DNA of 64,000 nt. Origin: an uncultured Hormoscilla sp. (GTDB lineage: Bacteria; Cyanobacteriota; Cyanobacteriia; Cyanobacteriales; Desertifilaceae). The stretch lies in contig OZ001293.3 of NCBI GenBank assembly GCA_963921275.4, forward strand, positions 4,576,001 to 4,640,000. Direction: 5' to 3'. The translations under genes were made by a program, and so were the position numbers. The notes below the pieces were generated by a model that saw only the letters and a list, made by a program, of their open reading frames with translations, was not told the origin of the DNA and did not search any database. Numbering within the stretch: position 1 is the first letter of the stretch; every line of letters begins with the position of its first letter. Shown here one piece after another: positions 55,518 through 64,000 of this stretch.

Positions 55518-58388
55518 ATGACTGAATCACAACCTCCCGACTATGCTGCTATTATCCGCGCTGCTAAGTCAGCCGCCCCTGATACACCGGATTTTTTCGC
55601 ACCAGGCAAAACTGTTCATTCCCCTCACTACGGTACGGGGAAAGTGATTAGAATTCTCGATAACCGCCTGATTGTCAAGTTTCCCGGTTACTCCGTTCCC
55701 GTGCAATTTAAGGATTGGCGGCAAGCAGTGCAGTCGGGAGAGGTACTCCCGGAAACCTCTGCGATAACTGCCTCCACTGTGGAGAAAAAAATTACTGAAA
55801 GCGAAACAGGGATAGATTTTGAAATTATCGGCGTAATTGAGAAGCCTGAGTACCGGGCGATCGCCTCCCAGTTCTCCTCAAGTATCGCGGACATCACGAT
55901 TATACCTGCATCACCGGGAAAGCGCTATTCGATCCCAGCAGATTTACCTCCGACCCTGGTCCAGGGGTTACAGCGGGTGGGCATTACTAGCTTGTACGGA
56001 CATCAGTTGGAAGCGTTAGAACAACTCAGAAGTGGCAAGGACTTATCGATAACCACTCCCACTGCTTCGGGGAAAACTCTCTGCTACAATTTAGCTATTC
56101 TCGAATCTTGTCTCAAGCAACCTCATAACTGCGCCCTTTATATTTTTCCTCTCAAGGCCCTCGCTTTTGACCAGTTGGGGAAACTCCAACGGTTGGTCGC
56201 CACCTTTCCTCTCTCTGATCGGTTGAAAGTCGGCCAAATGACCGGGGATACTTCTAGGGGCGATCGCAAGCAACTGTTTTTCCCCAACCTTCCCCACATC
56301 TTAGCTGTCAGTCCGGACTTGCTGCATTACCAATTAGAAAAGGTGCGGCGGCGGGGAGAATGGCAACCTTGGCGAGAGTTTTTCCGCTGCCTGCGTTGGG
56401 TGGTTATAGACGAGTCTCACATTTATATTGGTGCTTTTGGCGCTCACTTTGCTAACCTGATGCGAAGATTGCGTCGCGCCGTGGATGAAGTGGGCGGAAA
56501 TAGTGAGAAATTGCAGTTTATTTGCTCCTCCGCTACTATTGGCAACCCCGCCGAAATGGCAATGGGTTTCAGCGGGAGAACCCATCAACCCGAGAGACTG
56601 CATCTAATTGAATGCAGCGATGCAACTGCCAGTACGCAAACGATTCTTTCCTTTGCTCCTAGTGACACCGCTAATCCCGATGCCTGTAAGATTATTGTCT
56701 CATTGTTGCAGCAGAATTTGAGGGGACTTGTCTTCTGTAACTCCCGAAGGGCGGTGAAGAAATTGCTCTCCTTAATTCAACGAGAGACAGCAAGGCAAGG
56801 ACTTGGCTATTTAGCCCAGCATGTGGGCATTTTCTACGGTTCCCTGAAGGGCGATCGCCGCCGCAATTTAATTCGCAAGCTAGAGACCGGTTCGCTGAAG
56901 GTCATCATCTCCACTTCGGCCCTAGAAGCTGGCATTGACTTACCAGAATTAGATTTTTGTTTGTTGCGCGGCTATCCCGGTTCGATCATGTCCTTTCGCC
57001 AGCGCCTCGGACGGGTGGGCCGGAAGCATCCGGGGTTGATTATCTTCCTGCCCGTGGCCCAAAATGCCCTAGACAACTATTATGGACAAAACCCCAAACA
57101 GTTACTAGAAGGGGAAGTAGAAAGTGCTGTCTTTAATCCTGATTATCCCACAATTTTGAGCAAGCATCTAGAATGTTGCGGCGCTGAAAGCGGGTTACCA
57201 CTCCAGGATATAGAAAGTAGGTTTGGAGAAAAAGCAGGGGCGATCGCCTCGGCACTGCTGGACCAGGAAAAGCTTGCTCTCTCTGCCAAGGATTATTTGC
57301 AAGCATATGGTTATCCTCACAAAAAGGTTAACATCAGAGGCAATAACTCCCTCAGGGTTGACTTGGTGAACACCGAGACAGGAGAAGAGTTTGAGAATAT
57401 GCCATTAGACATCGCTTACCGAGAGGTTTTTCCGAAAGCAATTTACACTGCTAGCGAGGATGGTAAAAGTCTGATTAGTTATGAGTGTGAAAAGCTAGAT
57501 ATAGAAAAGGGAAAAGCATATCTAAAGCCCTTGAGCGCTCCGCCAAATCTATTTACTAAAGCAGTGAATGATTTACAAGTTAAGCCGTTATCAAAACTTG
57601 AGGAAACCAAGATTATTGATACAGCCTTTACAGAAGGAAGACTGCGACTGCGGCTGTATTGGGGAGAAATCACTTCCCTGGTAACGGGATATGATGTGTT
57701 AAGCGAAGAATATCGCCCTACTTGTACTAATAAAAGATGTCCTAATTATCACCGGCCATTGAAGGGGAAAAGCTGCTCCGCTTGCGGTCGGAAGCTGCAT
57801 TATGCTGAAATAAACGAGGTAAAGGAGGAAATTCAGTTCGAGAAACCCTACGGCACTACCTATCAAGCTCCTTTACTTAAGGTAGAGATTAATCCTGGCC
57901 TGTTAAAGGCGCTCTCCCAGGAGGTCTCGCGCCTCAAAAAGACTGTCAGAGAGCAACATCAAGACAAAATTCCTAATGGACTAGAGTATTTGTGGAGATC
58001 GACTCCAGACTGGTTAGCTTTACACAGCATTGGACATCTGCTGAGTTTCGCCCTGCCTTTAGTCGTGCTCTCCTCCAGTTTAGATGTTAACTACTTTGTC
58101 GAGAAAGAAGGCGATCTCGCCACCGTTGTCGGCTATTTCTTCGATACCTGCGATGACGGCAATGGTGCCGCCGAGGCCATCTTTCAGCACTTCCCCCGTT
58201 TGGCCGCAAAGGCTAAGTCTTTGGCGGCAGCTTGTGATTGTCAATTCGGTTGTCCCAGGTGCCTCACCCAGTCGAGATGTCCCCAACGAAACGTGGGACT
58301 CCATAAGGAAATAGGGCTGTTTCTCCTAAAGGCGATCGCACCGGTTGAGGACTTTAGTCCTCACTACAAACCTGTTTACATAATTTAA
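55518..58388 (+). CDS. DEAD/DEAH-box helicase with DUF1998 (MrfA/SftH/Hrq1-like)
   Basis: PTASGKT, FPLKALAFDQ, DESH, SATIGNP, TSALEAGID, QRLGRVGR, C-terminal CDCQFGCPRC. Confidence 0.9.
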   Translation: MTESQPPDYAAIIRAAKSAAPDTPDFFAPGKTVHSPHYGTGKVIRILDNRLIVKFPGYSVPVQFKDWRQAVQSGEVLPETSAITASTVEKKITESETGIDFEIIGVIEKPEYRAIASQFSSSIADITIIPASPGKRYSIPADLPPTLVQGLQRVGITSLYGHQLEALEQLRSGKDLSITTPTASGKTLCYNLAILESCLKQPHNCALYIFPLKALAFDQLGKLQRLVATFPLSDRLKVGQMTGDTSRGDRKQLFFPNLPHILAVSPDLLHYQLEKVRRRGEWQPWREFFRCLRWVVIDESHIYIGAFGAHFANLMRRLRRAVDEVGGNSEKLQFICSSATIGNPAEMAMGFSGRTHQPERLHLIECSDATASTQTILSFAPSDTANPDACKIIVSLLQQNLRGLVFCNSRRAVKKLLSLIQRETARQGLGYLAQHVGIFYGSLKGDRRRNLIRKLETGSLKVIISTSALEAGIDLPELDFCLLRGYPGSIMSFRQRLGRVGRKHPGLIIFLPVAQNALDNYYGQNPKQLLEGEVESAVFNPDYPTILSKHLECCGAESGLPLQDIESRFGEKAGAIASALLDQEKLALSAKDYLQAYGYPHKKVNIRGNNSLRVDLVNTETGEEFENMPLDIAYREVFPKAIYTASEDGKSLISYECEKLDIEKGKAYLKPLSAPPNLFTKAVNDLQVKPLSKLEETKIIDTAFTEGRLRLRLYWGEITSLVTGYDVLSEEYRPTCTNKRCPNYHRPLKGKSCSACGRKLHYAEINEVKEEIQFEKPYGTTYQAPLLKVEINPGLLKALSQEVSRLKKTVREQHQDKIPNGLEYLWRSTPDWLALHSIGHLLSFALPLVVLSSSLDVNYFVEKEGDLATVVGYFFDTCDDGNGAAEAIFQHFPRLAAKAKSLAAACDCQFGCPRCLTQSRCPQRNVGLHKEIGLFLLKAIAPVEDFSPHYKPVYII

Positions 58389-58452
58389 CATATTTTTACA
58401 TAATTACCTCTAGAGAGAGTATCATAGAATATAAATATCTCTATACCAGAAC

Positions 58453-58537
58453 AGGACTTACGCAATTCAGTTCCCTTATACCGGTAGGATCTGGTGCATC
58501 GAAGCCAAAATAGTGAAGAAGTATTTGCATAAGTCCT
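58453..58537. mobile_element. MITE
   Basis: IRs AGGACTTACGCAA / TTGCATAAGTCCT. Confidence 0.6.
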
Positions 58538-58770
58538 ACAGCAGCAAGGGAAAAATACGCTGCCCAGAATCATGTTTCCTTGGACTCAAAAAATTCAACA
58601 ATGGGCCTCGGGAAGTATCTGCAAAACGCTATTCAAAGCCTGAACAACATAGTAGTAGAGAATGGCAGTAGTTTCAATGGCTTGAGGTTGATACCGGGGC
58701 TGAATGGACGTAAGCCCGTAGTTTGCTTAGTTAGCCAGTTTCAAGGAGGCTGCAACAGCAATAACATAAT

Positions 58771-59229
58771 GTGGGTTGTGGCATTGGGGGAAGCAGTCGC
58801 ATTTTGGCACGGGATTATGGATTCGCCGTTACCGGTATCACCATCAGTCCCCAACAAGTCAAACGCGCCCGAGAATTAACTCCCGAAGACCTGGAGCTGA
58901 AGTTTCTGGTGGATGATGCCATGGCAATGTCTTTCCCAGATGCCAGCTTTGACGTAGTTTGGTCGATCGAGGCCGGACCCCACATGCCAGATAAAGCTAT
59001 TTTTGCTCAAGAATTGCTGCGAGTTTTAAAGCCAGGTGGTATTCTGGTAGTTGCGGACTGGAATCAACGGGACGATCCCCAAAACCCGCTCAATTTTTGG
59101 GAACGCCCGCTCATGCGGCAACTTCTGGATCAATGGTTTCATCCAGCATTTGCCAGCATTGAAGAGTTTTCCGAACTTTTGGCAGCAACGGAACTGGTTG
59201 AAGGCAGAAAAATTAACAGAAACACCTGA
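58771..59229 (+). pseudogene. Internal fragment of an MPBQ/MSBQ (tocopherol/plastoquinone pathway)-like methyltransferase
   Basis: VGCGIGGSSRILARDYG, SFDVVWSIEAGPHMPDK, LKPGGILVVADW; N- and C-termini missing. Confidence 0.78.
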
Positions 59230-59404
59230 AGCTGTTGTCACAGCTATTTAGGTAAAATGGGTGAAGCGTCCGGTTAAGATCGCATCTGACATCCGTAAAT
59301 TGACCTTAATACCGTAGGTTAGGTTTCCTTAAGCACGAAACCTAACCTGCGTTGGTCCAGTTGGGTTTCGTGCGGAAACCCAAGCTACAGCAGCATCTGC
59401 AAGT

Positions 59405-59465
59405 TGCTAATTGTGAATTGCTAATTGTTAATTGCCAGTTAACAATTCACAATTAGCAATTCACA
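59405..59465. terminator. Inverted heptamer arrays forming a hairpin at the 3' end of the methyltransferase gene
   Basis: TGCTAATTGTGAATTG... pairs with ...CAATTCACAATTAGCA. Confidence 0.45.
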
Positions 59466-60660
59466 GGTATATTTGAGAATATATATAGCGGGCTAACTGT
59501 AAAGCCAGTAAAGGTGGTACGGCATTTCCAACTTGTGTAAATTGACGCGCAGTTGGACCACAAAAAACGAAATCATCAGGGAATGTTTGTAGCCTCGCTG
59601 ATTCTCTGACAGTTAAAGTCCGAGGATAAATAGGATGCAGATGGGATCTGCCGCCACCCTTCGTACCTCCACTGATTACCGTTTTAGATGGCAGATTAGG
59701 ATCTAATATATCAACTCTTCCCAGTCGATCTCGCTCTCCGTAATTTAGCTCCATATATCTAATCAATGATTCTGCTTTATGCTTTCTGGTTACATGATTT
59801 TCTAAGCCGTTTATTGTTTTTTCAAAAGCTTTATAGCAGGTAACAACCTTTGAGCTTGGTTCAGGAAAGATAAATTTGTTATTGGTACGATGACCAAATA
59901 CAAAGAGGCGATTCCGATTTTGTGGAACACCATAATGCGCAGCATTTGCTATCACCGGTTCAGAGATGTTGTATCCACACCCTCCTAAAAGATTAAGTGC
60001 TTCCGATAACTGAGTGCCGCCGTCAATATCTAGTAATCCTGTAACATTCTCAATCAAGAAAGCTTTTGGTTGAAATTGTTGAACATACCAAACAAAGTCG
60101 AAGAGAAGATTCCCGAAATCAGCATGAGCAAAACCAACTCTCTTAAAGTTATCTCCGTCTTTCGCGAATCTTTGATTAGCGACAATACTGAAAGGTTGAC
60201 AGGGCGGACCTCCTGTAAAAATCCCTTCAAATGGAATTGAAATGCCGACAATTAACTTCAAAATCGTGAAAAATTCTTCTCTATTTCTTACATCTCCACT
60301 GTATTCAGGTGGTCCGATCGCAACCCAATCAGGTCGGTTCAATCTAATTGTTTGACAAAAAATCGGATTGACTTCAATTGAAGCGAGGTGTTGAAAACCT
60401 GCATATTCAAAGCCAATATCTAAGCCACCGGCACCAGAGAAGAAGCTAACTACTGGAACGCCATGATTTTCCAAATCAAAATTATCAGGTGTTAGGAACT
60501 GAGCCGAACTATGAGTTATAGGTGGATTATTTCTGTATCTAAGAGCGTCATATCTCAAGCTCCTCCGCTTCAACTCACTGTGCAGGTCTAGCTTTTTGGC
60601 AATACATCTATTTAAAATGTCTAATTGTTCGTCAATAGTAATACTTGAATAAAACTTCAT
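59461..60660 (-). CDS. DNA (cytosine-5) methyltransferase
   Basis: FSGAGG, GGPPCQPFS, ENV, QNRNR, RESARLQTFPD, GNAVPP. Confidence 0.95.
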   Translation of the reverse strand: MKFYSSITIDEQLDILNRCIAKKLDLHSELKRRSLRYDALRYRNNPPITHSSAQFLTPDNFDLENHGVPVVSFFSGAGGLDIGFEYAGFQHLASIEVNPIFCQTIRLNRPDWVAIGPPEYSGDVRNREEFFTILKLIVGISIPFEGIFTGGPPCQPFSIVANQRFAKDGDNFKRVGFAHADFGNLLFDFVWYVQQFQPKAFLIENVTGLLDIDGGTQLSEALNLLGGCGYNISEPVIANAAHYGVPQNRNRLFVFGHRTNNKFIFPEPSSKVVTCYKAFEKTINGLENHVTRKHKAESLIRYMELNYGERDRLGRVDILDPNLPSKTVISGGTKGGGRSHLHPIYPRTLTVRESARLQTFPDDFVFCGPTARQFTQVGNAVPPLLALQLARYIYSQIYL

Positions 60661-61513
60661 AGCCTAATTGCCTCCTTTGCTAATTGATAAACTTCTATCG
60701 CTTCATCTTTAGAGGAGAAATCATCAACTAAATTTCTCTCAAACCATTGCTTGTAATATACATGAACGCTTCGATGACAGTTGGGACATAAGCCAACAAC
60801 ATCTTCTATAGATGTTCCTGCCCCTGTAATAGTAATGGCTGATAAAAGTGGTAGTAAATGATGAACTTCTAAAATGTTGCTAGTCCAAGGATATCTATGG
60901 CGCATATCACAAAAATTAGCATTTCCCGAACTTGCCTCTCTTCGTCGCCAATTGGTAAACGCTCTACCATTTTCAAAGCTCTGTAATGCTCTAGGGGTTC
61001 ACATCCATTACAGTTATTACCTATTATCAAAGAGAAAACTTGTGATAGCTCTATAAGAGCTTCCCCATGCTCCAATAATTGCGCAAATAGATATTTCAAG
61101 ACAGCGCATAGAGGAAAAACGCGATTATCAGAGGGTGTGTAATCTTGGAATGCGGGAGAAGGCAAATAGAATCGTGGAATCCAGAATGAAAAATATTCGT
61201 CTACATCTATCTCAGAGGAGTCAACACTAGCTAGTCTCTGACCAATATCTGTAACTCTTAAGTTTCCGTCTAACTGGGTTGCTATCAAAGCACAGGCGAA
61301 CACACGAGCATAGTTTCTCCACAGGGTGTAAGTAGTTGGGGCAAATGATAAGCCCGTTCGAGATGTGAGAACTTCTCGAATAAAAGGGTCTCCATCTCGA
61401 CCAATATTGCTCCCCTCAAGCTCAACAAGACCTTCACAAATTTTCTTAATATTTTCAAAACGAAAATATGTTGATCTACCTTGATCCCAGCGCCATCTCT
61501 TAACCATAACCAT
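60657..61513 (-). pseudogene. HNH endonuclease (probable cognate restriction enzyme), broken
   Basis: N-terminal part (MVKRWRWDQGR..) is out of frame with the C-terminal LEVHHLLPL..GLCPNCHRSVH; overlaps the MTase start (ATGA). Confidence 0.8.
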
Positions 61514-61679
61514 TATTTGTAAGCATAATCTTTTAGACCCCGCACCACCGGTTATGGCAGAGGAGCGATCTCCCAAACTCGGAGATCGCGTTCGCCAGAC
61601 TGCTCGCGACTGCTCGCGCAGCGTGCCACAGCCATACCATTTGGACCGCCAAACCTCCAAGTCAGAACTGTACTACTAC

Positions 61680-61709
61680 ATTCTATACTTCCCGAATCTT
61701 ACCTGTCAA
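61680..61709 (-). promoter_or_regulatory. Sigma70-like promoter in repeat
   Basis: TTGACA-N18-TAGAAT. Confidence 0.6.
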
Positions 61710-61841
61710 GCGATCGCCCCCCAAAACCAGATTTTCTCACTGCGATCGGTCCACCCCGTAGGTCGTACCCCGCACCGCCGGTTATGGCAGAGCCGCGATC
61801 GCCCCAACTCACCTACGCGATCTTCCGATCTGTACTACTAC

Positions 61842-61871
61842 ATTCTATACTTCCCGAATCTTGCCTGTCAA
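61842..61871 (-). promoter_or_regulatory. Sigma70-like promoter in repeat
   Basis: TTGACA-N18-TAGAAT. Confidence 0.6.
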
Positions 61872-62016
61872 GCGATCGCCCCCAAAACTCGATTTTCTCA
61901 CTACGATGGTCCGTAGGTTGTACCTCGCACTGCCGGTTATGGCTTAGACGCGATCTCCCCAACTCGGAGATCGCGTTTGCTCGTCTTGTAGAGTCAAGTA
62001 AAAATCTTTGCTTTGT

Positions 62017-62399
62017 TCATTCCCACACCCGGCTAATTGAATAAGTATCAAATTTTGTATCCGCACTCACCAAAGACAACGATCGATTCATTGCTTGGGC
62101 AACTAAAATGCGATCGAATGGATCGCGATGGTTAGAAGTTAAGGGAAGTGAAGCATAAGTTATTGCATCTTCAAATGTAATAGGTAATTCCTGGATATTT
62201 AATGCCATCATATTAACCCTAATCATTTCTAAAGGCGTTGTCACTGTTAATTTTCCAATATTAACCTTAATAGATATTTCCCAAATTGAAGCAATACTGA
62301 CAAATACTGATCCGTGTTTTCTATCTTTTCTTTAATCAACTTTGGGAGTCTAGGGTTATTATCAAGAAACCAGAGCAATACATGGGTATCTAGCAGCAT
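62017..62399 (-). pseudogene. VapC/PIN toxin, frameshifted
   Basis: MLLDTHVLLWFL.., frameshift near 62310, then VSIASIWEISIK..HRDPFDRILVAQA..LVSAD. Confidence 0.88.
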
Positions 62400-62414
62400 A
62401 GACTATCTAGTCCA

Positions 62415-62669
62415 TTACATATAGTCTTTGAGGTCTTCAAGGGGTTCATCAAAATCATCTGACATGATAATCATCCCTTTCATCGTTCCGGCAACGCGAT
62501 ACTTTTTAGGAGCCGTTTCTTGTTCCGTAGGCTGGTTTGCAGCCGGGTGGCCTTTAGCCATATATTGTTCGCGGTTTTCAATCAAAGAATCAATATACTG
62601 TAATACTTTCAATTGTAGAGATTCAGGAAGACTCTCTAATTTTTCCAAAATAGCAGGTTGGATCGTCAT
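62415..62669 (-). CDS. DUF2281 antitoxin
   Basis: LESLPESLQLKVLQYIDSL..G..KG..MSDDFDEPLEDLKDYM. Confidence 0.88.
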   Translation of the reverse strand: MTIQPAILEKLESLPESLQLKVLQYIDSLIENREQYMAKGHPAANQPTEQETAPKKYRVAGTMKGMIIMSDDFDEPLEDLKDYM

Positions 62670-62811
62670 TCTTTCTCCTTTTCAGTTTTAACTAATAACA
62701 TTACAGCAACACCTGAATATCAAAAACATTCCCACTGGTATCGCCCGATCAATCAAATACTGTGTCCAGATCGTATCATAAACCGCGATTTTGTTTTGTG
62801 CCGTTCCCAGT

Positions 62812-63060
62812 CGCTCCCCAAAACTCGATTTTCTCACTGCGATGGTCTACTCCGTAGGTTGTACCTCGCACTGCCGGGTCGCGATCGCCCCAACTCACCC
62901 ACGCGATCTTCCGATCTGTACTACTACATTCTATACTTCCCGAATCTTGCCTGTCAAGCGATCGCCCCCAAAACTCGATTTTCTCACTACGATGGTCCGT
63001 AGGTTGTACCTCGCACTGCCGGTTATGGCTTAGACGCGATCTCCCAAACTCCTCACGCGA
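62812..63060. repeat. Further units of the ~155-bp promoter-bearing repeat
   Basis: ~62880-63045 is nearly identical to ~61795-61960. Confidence 0.88.
62928..62957 (-). promoter_or_regulatory. Sigma70-like promoter in repeat
   Basis: TTGACA-N18-TAGAAT. Confidence 0.6.
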
Positions 63061-63213
63061 TCGCGGCTGGCGGACAACTGGGAGTTGTGTTAATCTGGAC
63101 GAAGCCGTGAAAGGCTTTCGATGAGGAATGGGCGATCGGGATGATTTTGCCTTCCCTCGCACCAATGACCGAAGCAGTCTAATGCTAGCATCACTGGCGA
63201 CATATAACCTTTG

Positions 63214-64000
63214 CTACTCAATTGGCACATCGATTCTAGACCGTGCCACGCAAACATTATCCTTGATGATATAACATTCCACAAAGTGTGGTCCGTGGAA
63301 ATCACTTGATTCCTTTTTTTGATGATTTCCACAGTCATCTTCAATTTGTCCTCTAATTTGATTTCTTCTTCTTGCTTCCTTTCCAACATTACGAACCTTC
63401 CATTTAACGGCAAATGGTTTGGGGACATCACAATCAGCAATATAAAATGTTAAAATTTTACCTATACGCAACGGCAATCTCTTGGAGAGCATTTCATATA
63501 ACTTTCTAGTCATAAAACCCTTTTGTGAAACCAGGCAATCGATCTTCAAATTATATTGAATCTTGACTGAAAAATAACTCTCAATGAACTCCTCAGTATT
63601 CTCCCACGCGCAGTCCACAACTTTAGTTTCGTCTTCGCTTTTACTGCAAGAAAATCTGTCACCAAAGTGCCTTTGCCAAGCTTTACAGGCATCCCTCTGG
63701 CTTGTTTTCTCATCCAAAGCTTTCTCAGCCGATTTAATTAAATTGTTAAGACGGATGAAAAAATTTTTCTTCTTAGCTTCGCTGTAATCCTCTAACAGGT
63801 TTTCACCAGTCGGGGTTGTCGGACGATAGCATACAAAGTTCCGTTTCAGATTCTTCTGAATTTTGCACAGAGTTTTGTACAAAGCTACGTCATCTCGCTT
63901 ATCAACAAAACAAATATTTTTAGCCGCTAATATCGAGAAAATTAATCCACTCAACAACTTACCTTTATAATCACTCCAGGCTTTTAGGTAAAGCACAATT
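63214..64000 (-). CDS. SMODS/CD-NTase nucleotidyltransferase C-terminal half with AGS-C domain (CBASS-like); 5' part outside window
   Basis: YLKAW..LSGLIFSIL, RPTTP.GENL, AWQRHFGDRF; then TEEFIE..LKIDC.V.Q.GF, VKWKVRNVG.EA.RRNQIRGQI, E...F.G.HFVECYIIKD..CVARSRIDVPI. Confidence 0.8.
   Translation of the reverse strand, partial: IVLYLKAWSDYKGKLLSGLIFSILAAKNICFVDKRDDVALYKTLCKIQKNLKRNFVCYRPTTPTGENLLEDYSEAKKKNFFIRLNNLIKSAEKALDEKTSQRDACKAWQRHFGDRFSCSKSEDETKVVDCAWENTEEFIESYFSVKIQYNLKIDCLVSQKGFMTRKLYEMLSKRLPLRIGKILTFYIADCDVPKPFAVKWKVRNVGKEARRRNQIRGQIEDDCGNHQKKESSDFHGPHFVECYIIKDNVCVARSRIDVPIE

Larger units (their letters stand above)
61537..61980. repeat. ~155-160 bp tandem repeat units carrying a minus-strand promoter
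   Basis: Core TGTACTACTACATTCTATACTTCCCGAATCTT.CCTGTCAAGCGATCGCCCC at 61669 and 61831. Confidence 0.88.

Noticed and set aside
55518..60660. DISARM class II (DUF1998 plus C5 methyltransferase)
   Set aside because: No drmA, drmC or drmE; the genes are convergent and separated, and the MTase is coupled to an HNH gene
61537..63060. ~155-bp repeats as attC sites
   Set aside because: CCATAAC...GTTGGGG cores can be drawn, but the L boxes and internal stem pair poorly

Overview
This 64 kb window looks cyanobacterial. HIP1 (GCGATCGC) is abundant, heptamer STRR arrays are present, and core genes include pdhB (partial), dapB, chlI, ruvC and hspA. The accessory DNA is heavily eroded and dense in mobile elements. 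(i) Five ORF-less group II introns lie on the minus strand. Four form two twintrons, in which the inner intron's EBS1/EBS2 match domain I of the outer intron; one inner intron also carries an IS982. The fifth inactivates a surface-protein gene, and there are three further intron 5' stubs. (ii) Two tandem DUF4347-LRR-Ig-FG-GAP(-RTX) genes have 72-bp LRR repeats with a near-invariant DNA framework and hypervariable exposed codons. (iii) A TPR-glycosyltransferase gene and a Uma2 gene are each triplicated and decaying. (iv) A scrambled type I R-M locus has two hsdS genes and an MNT-HEPN pair. (v) A Schlafen/AlbA_2-ATPase-RRM gene is flanked by attC-like sites. (vi) A right-hand defence cluster holds a DUF1998 helicase, a C5 methyltransferase with a broken HNH gene, a PIN TA pair and a CD-NTase C-terminus, partly separated by ~155-bp promoter-bearing repeats. 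Many MITEs and short palindromic repeats are present, some inserted in frame in genes. All calls come from reading the sequence and recognising motifs; no database search was run.
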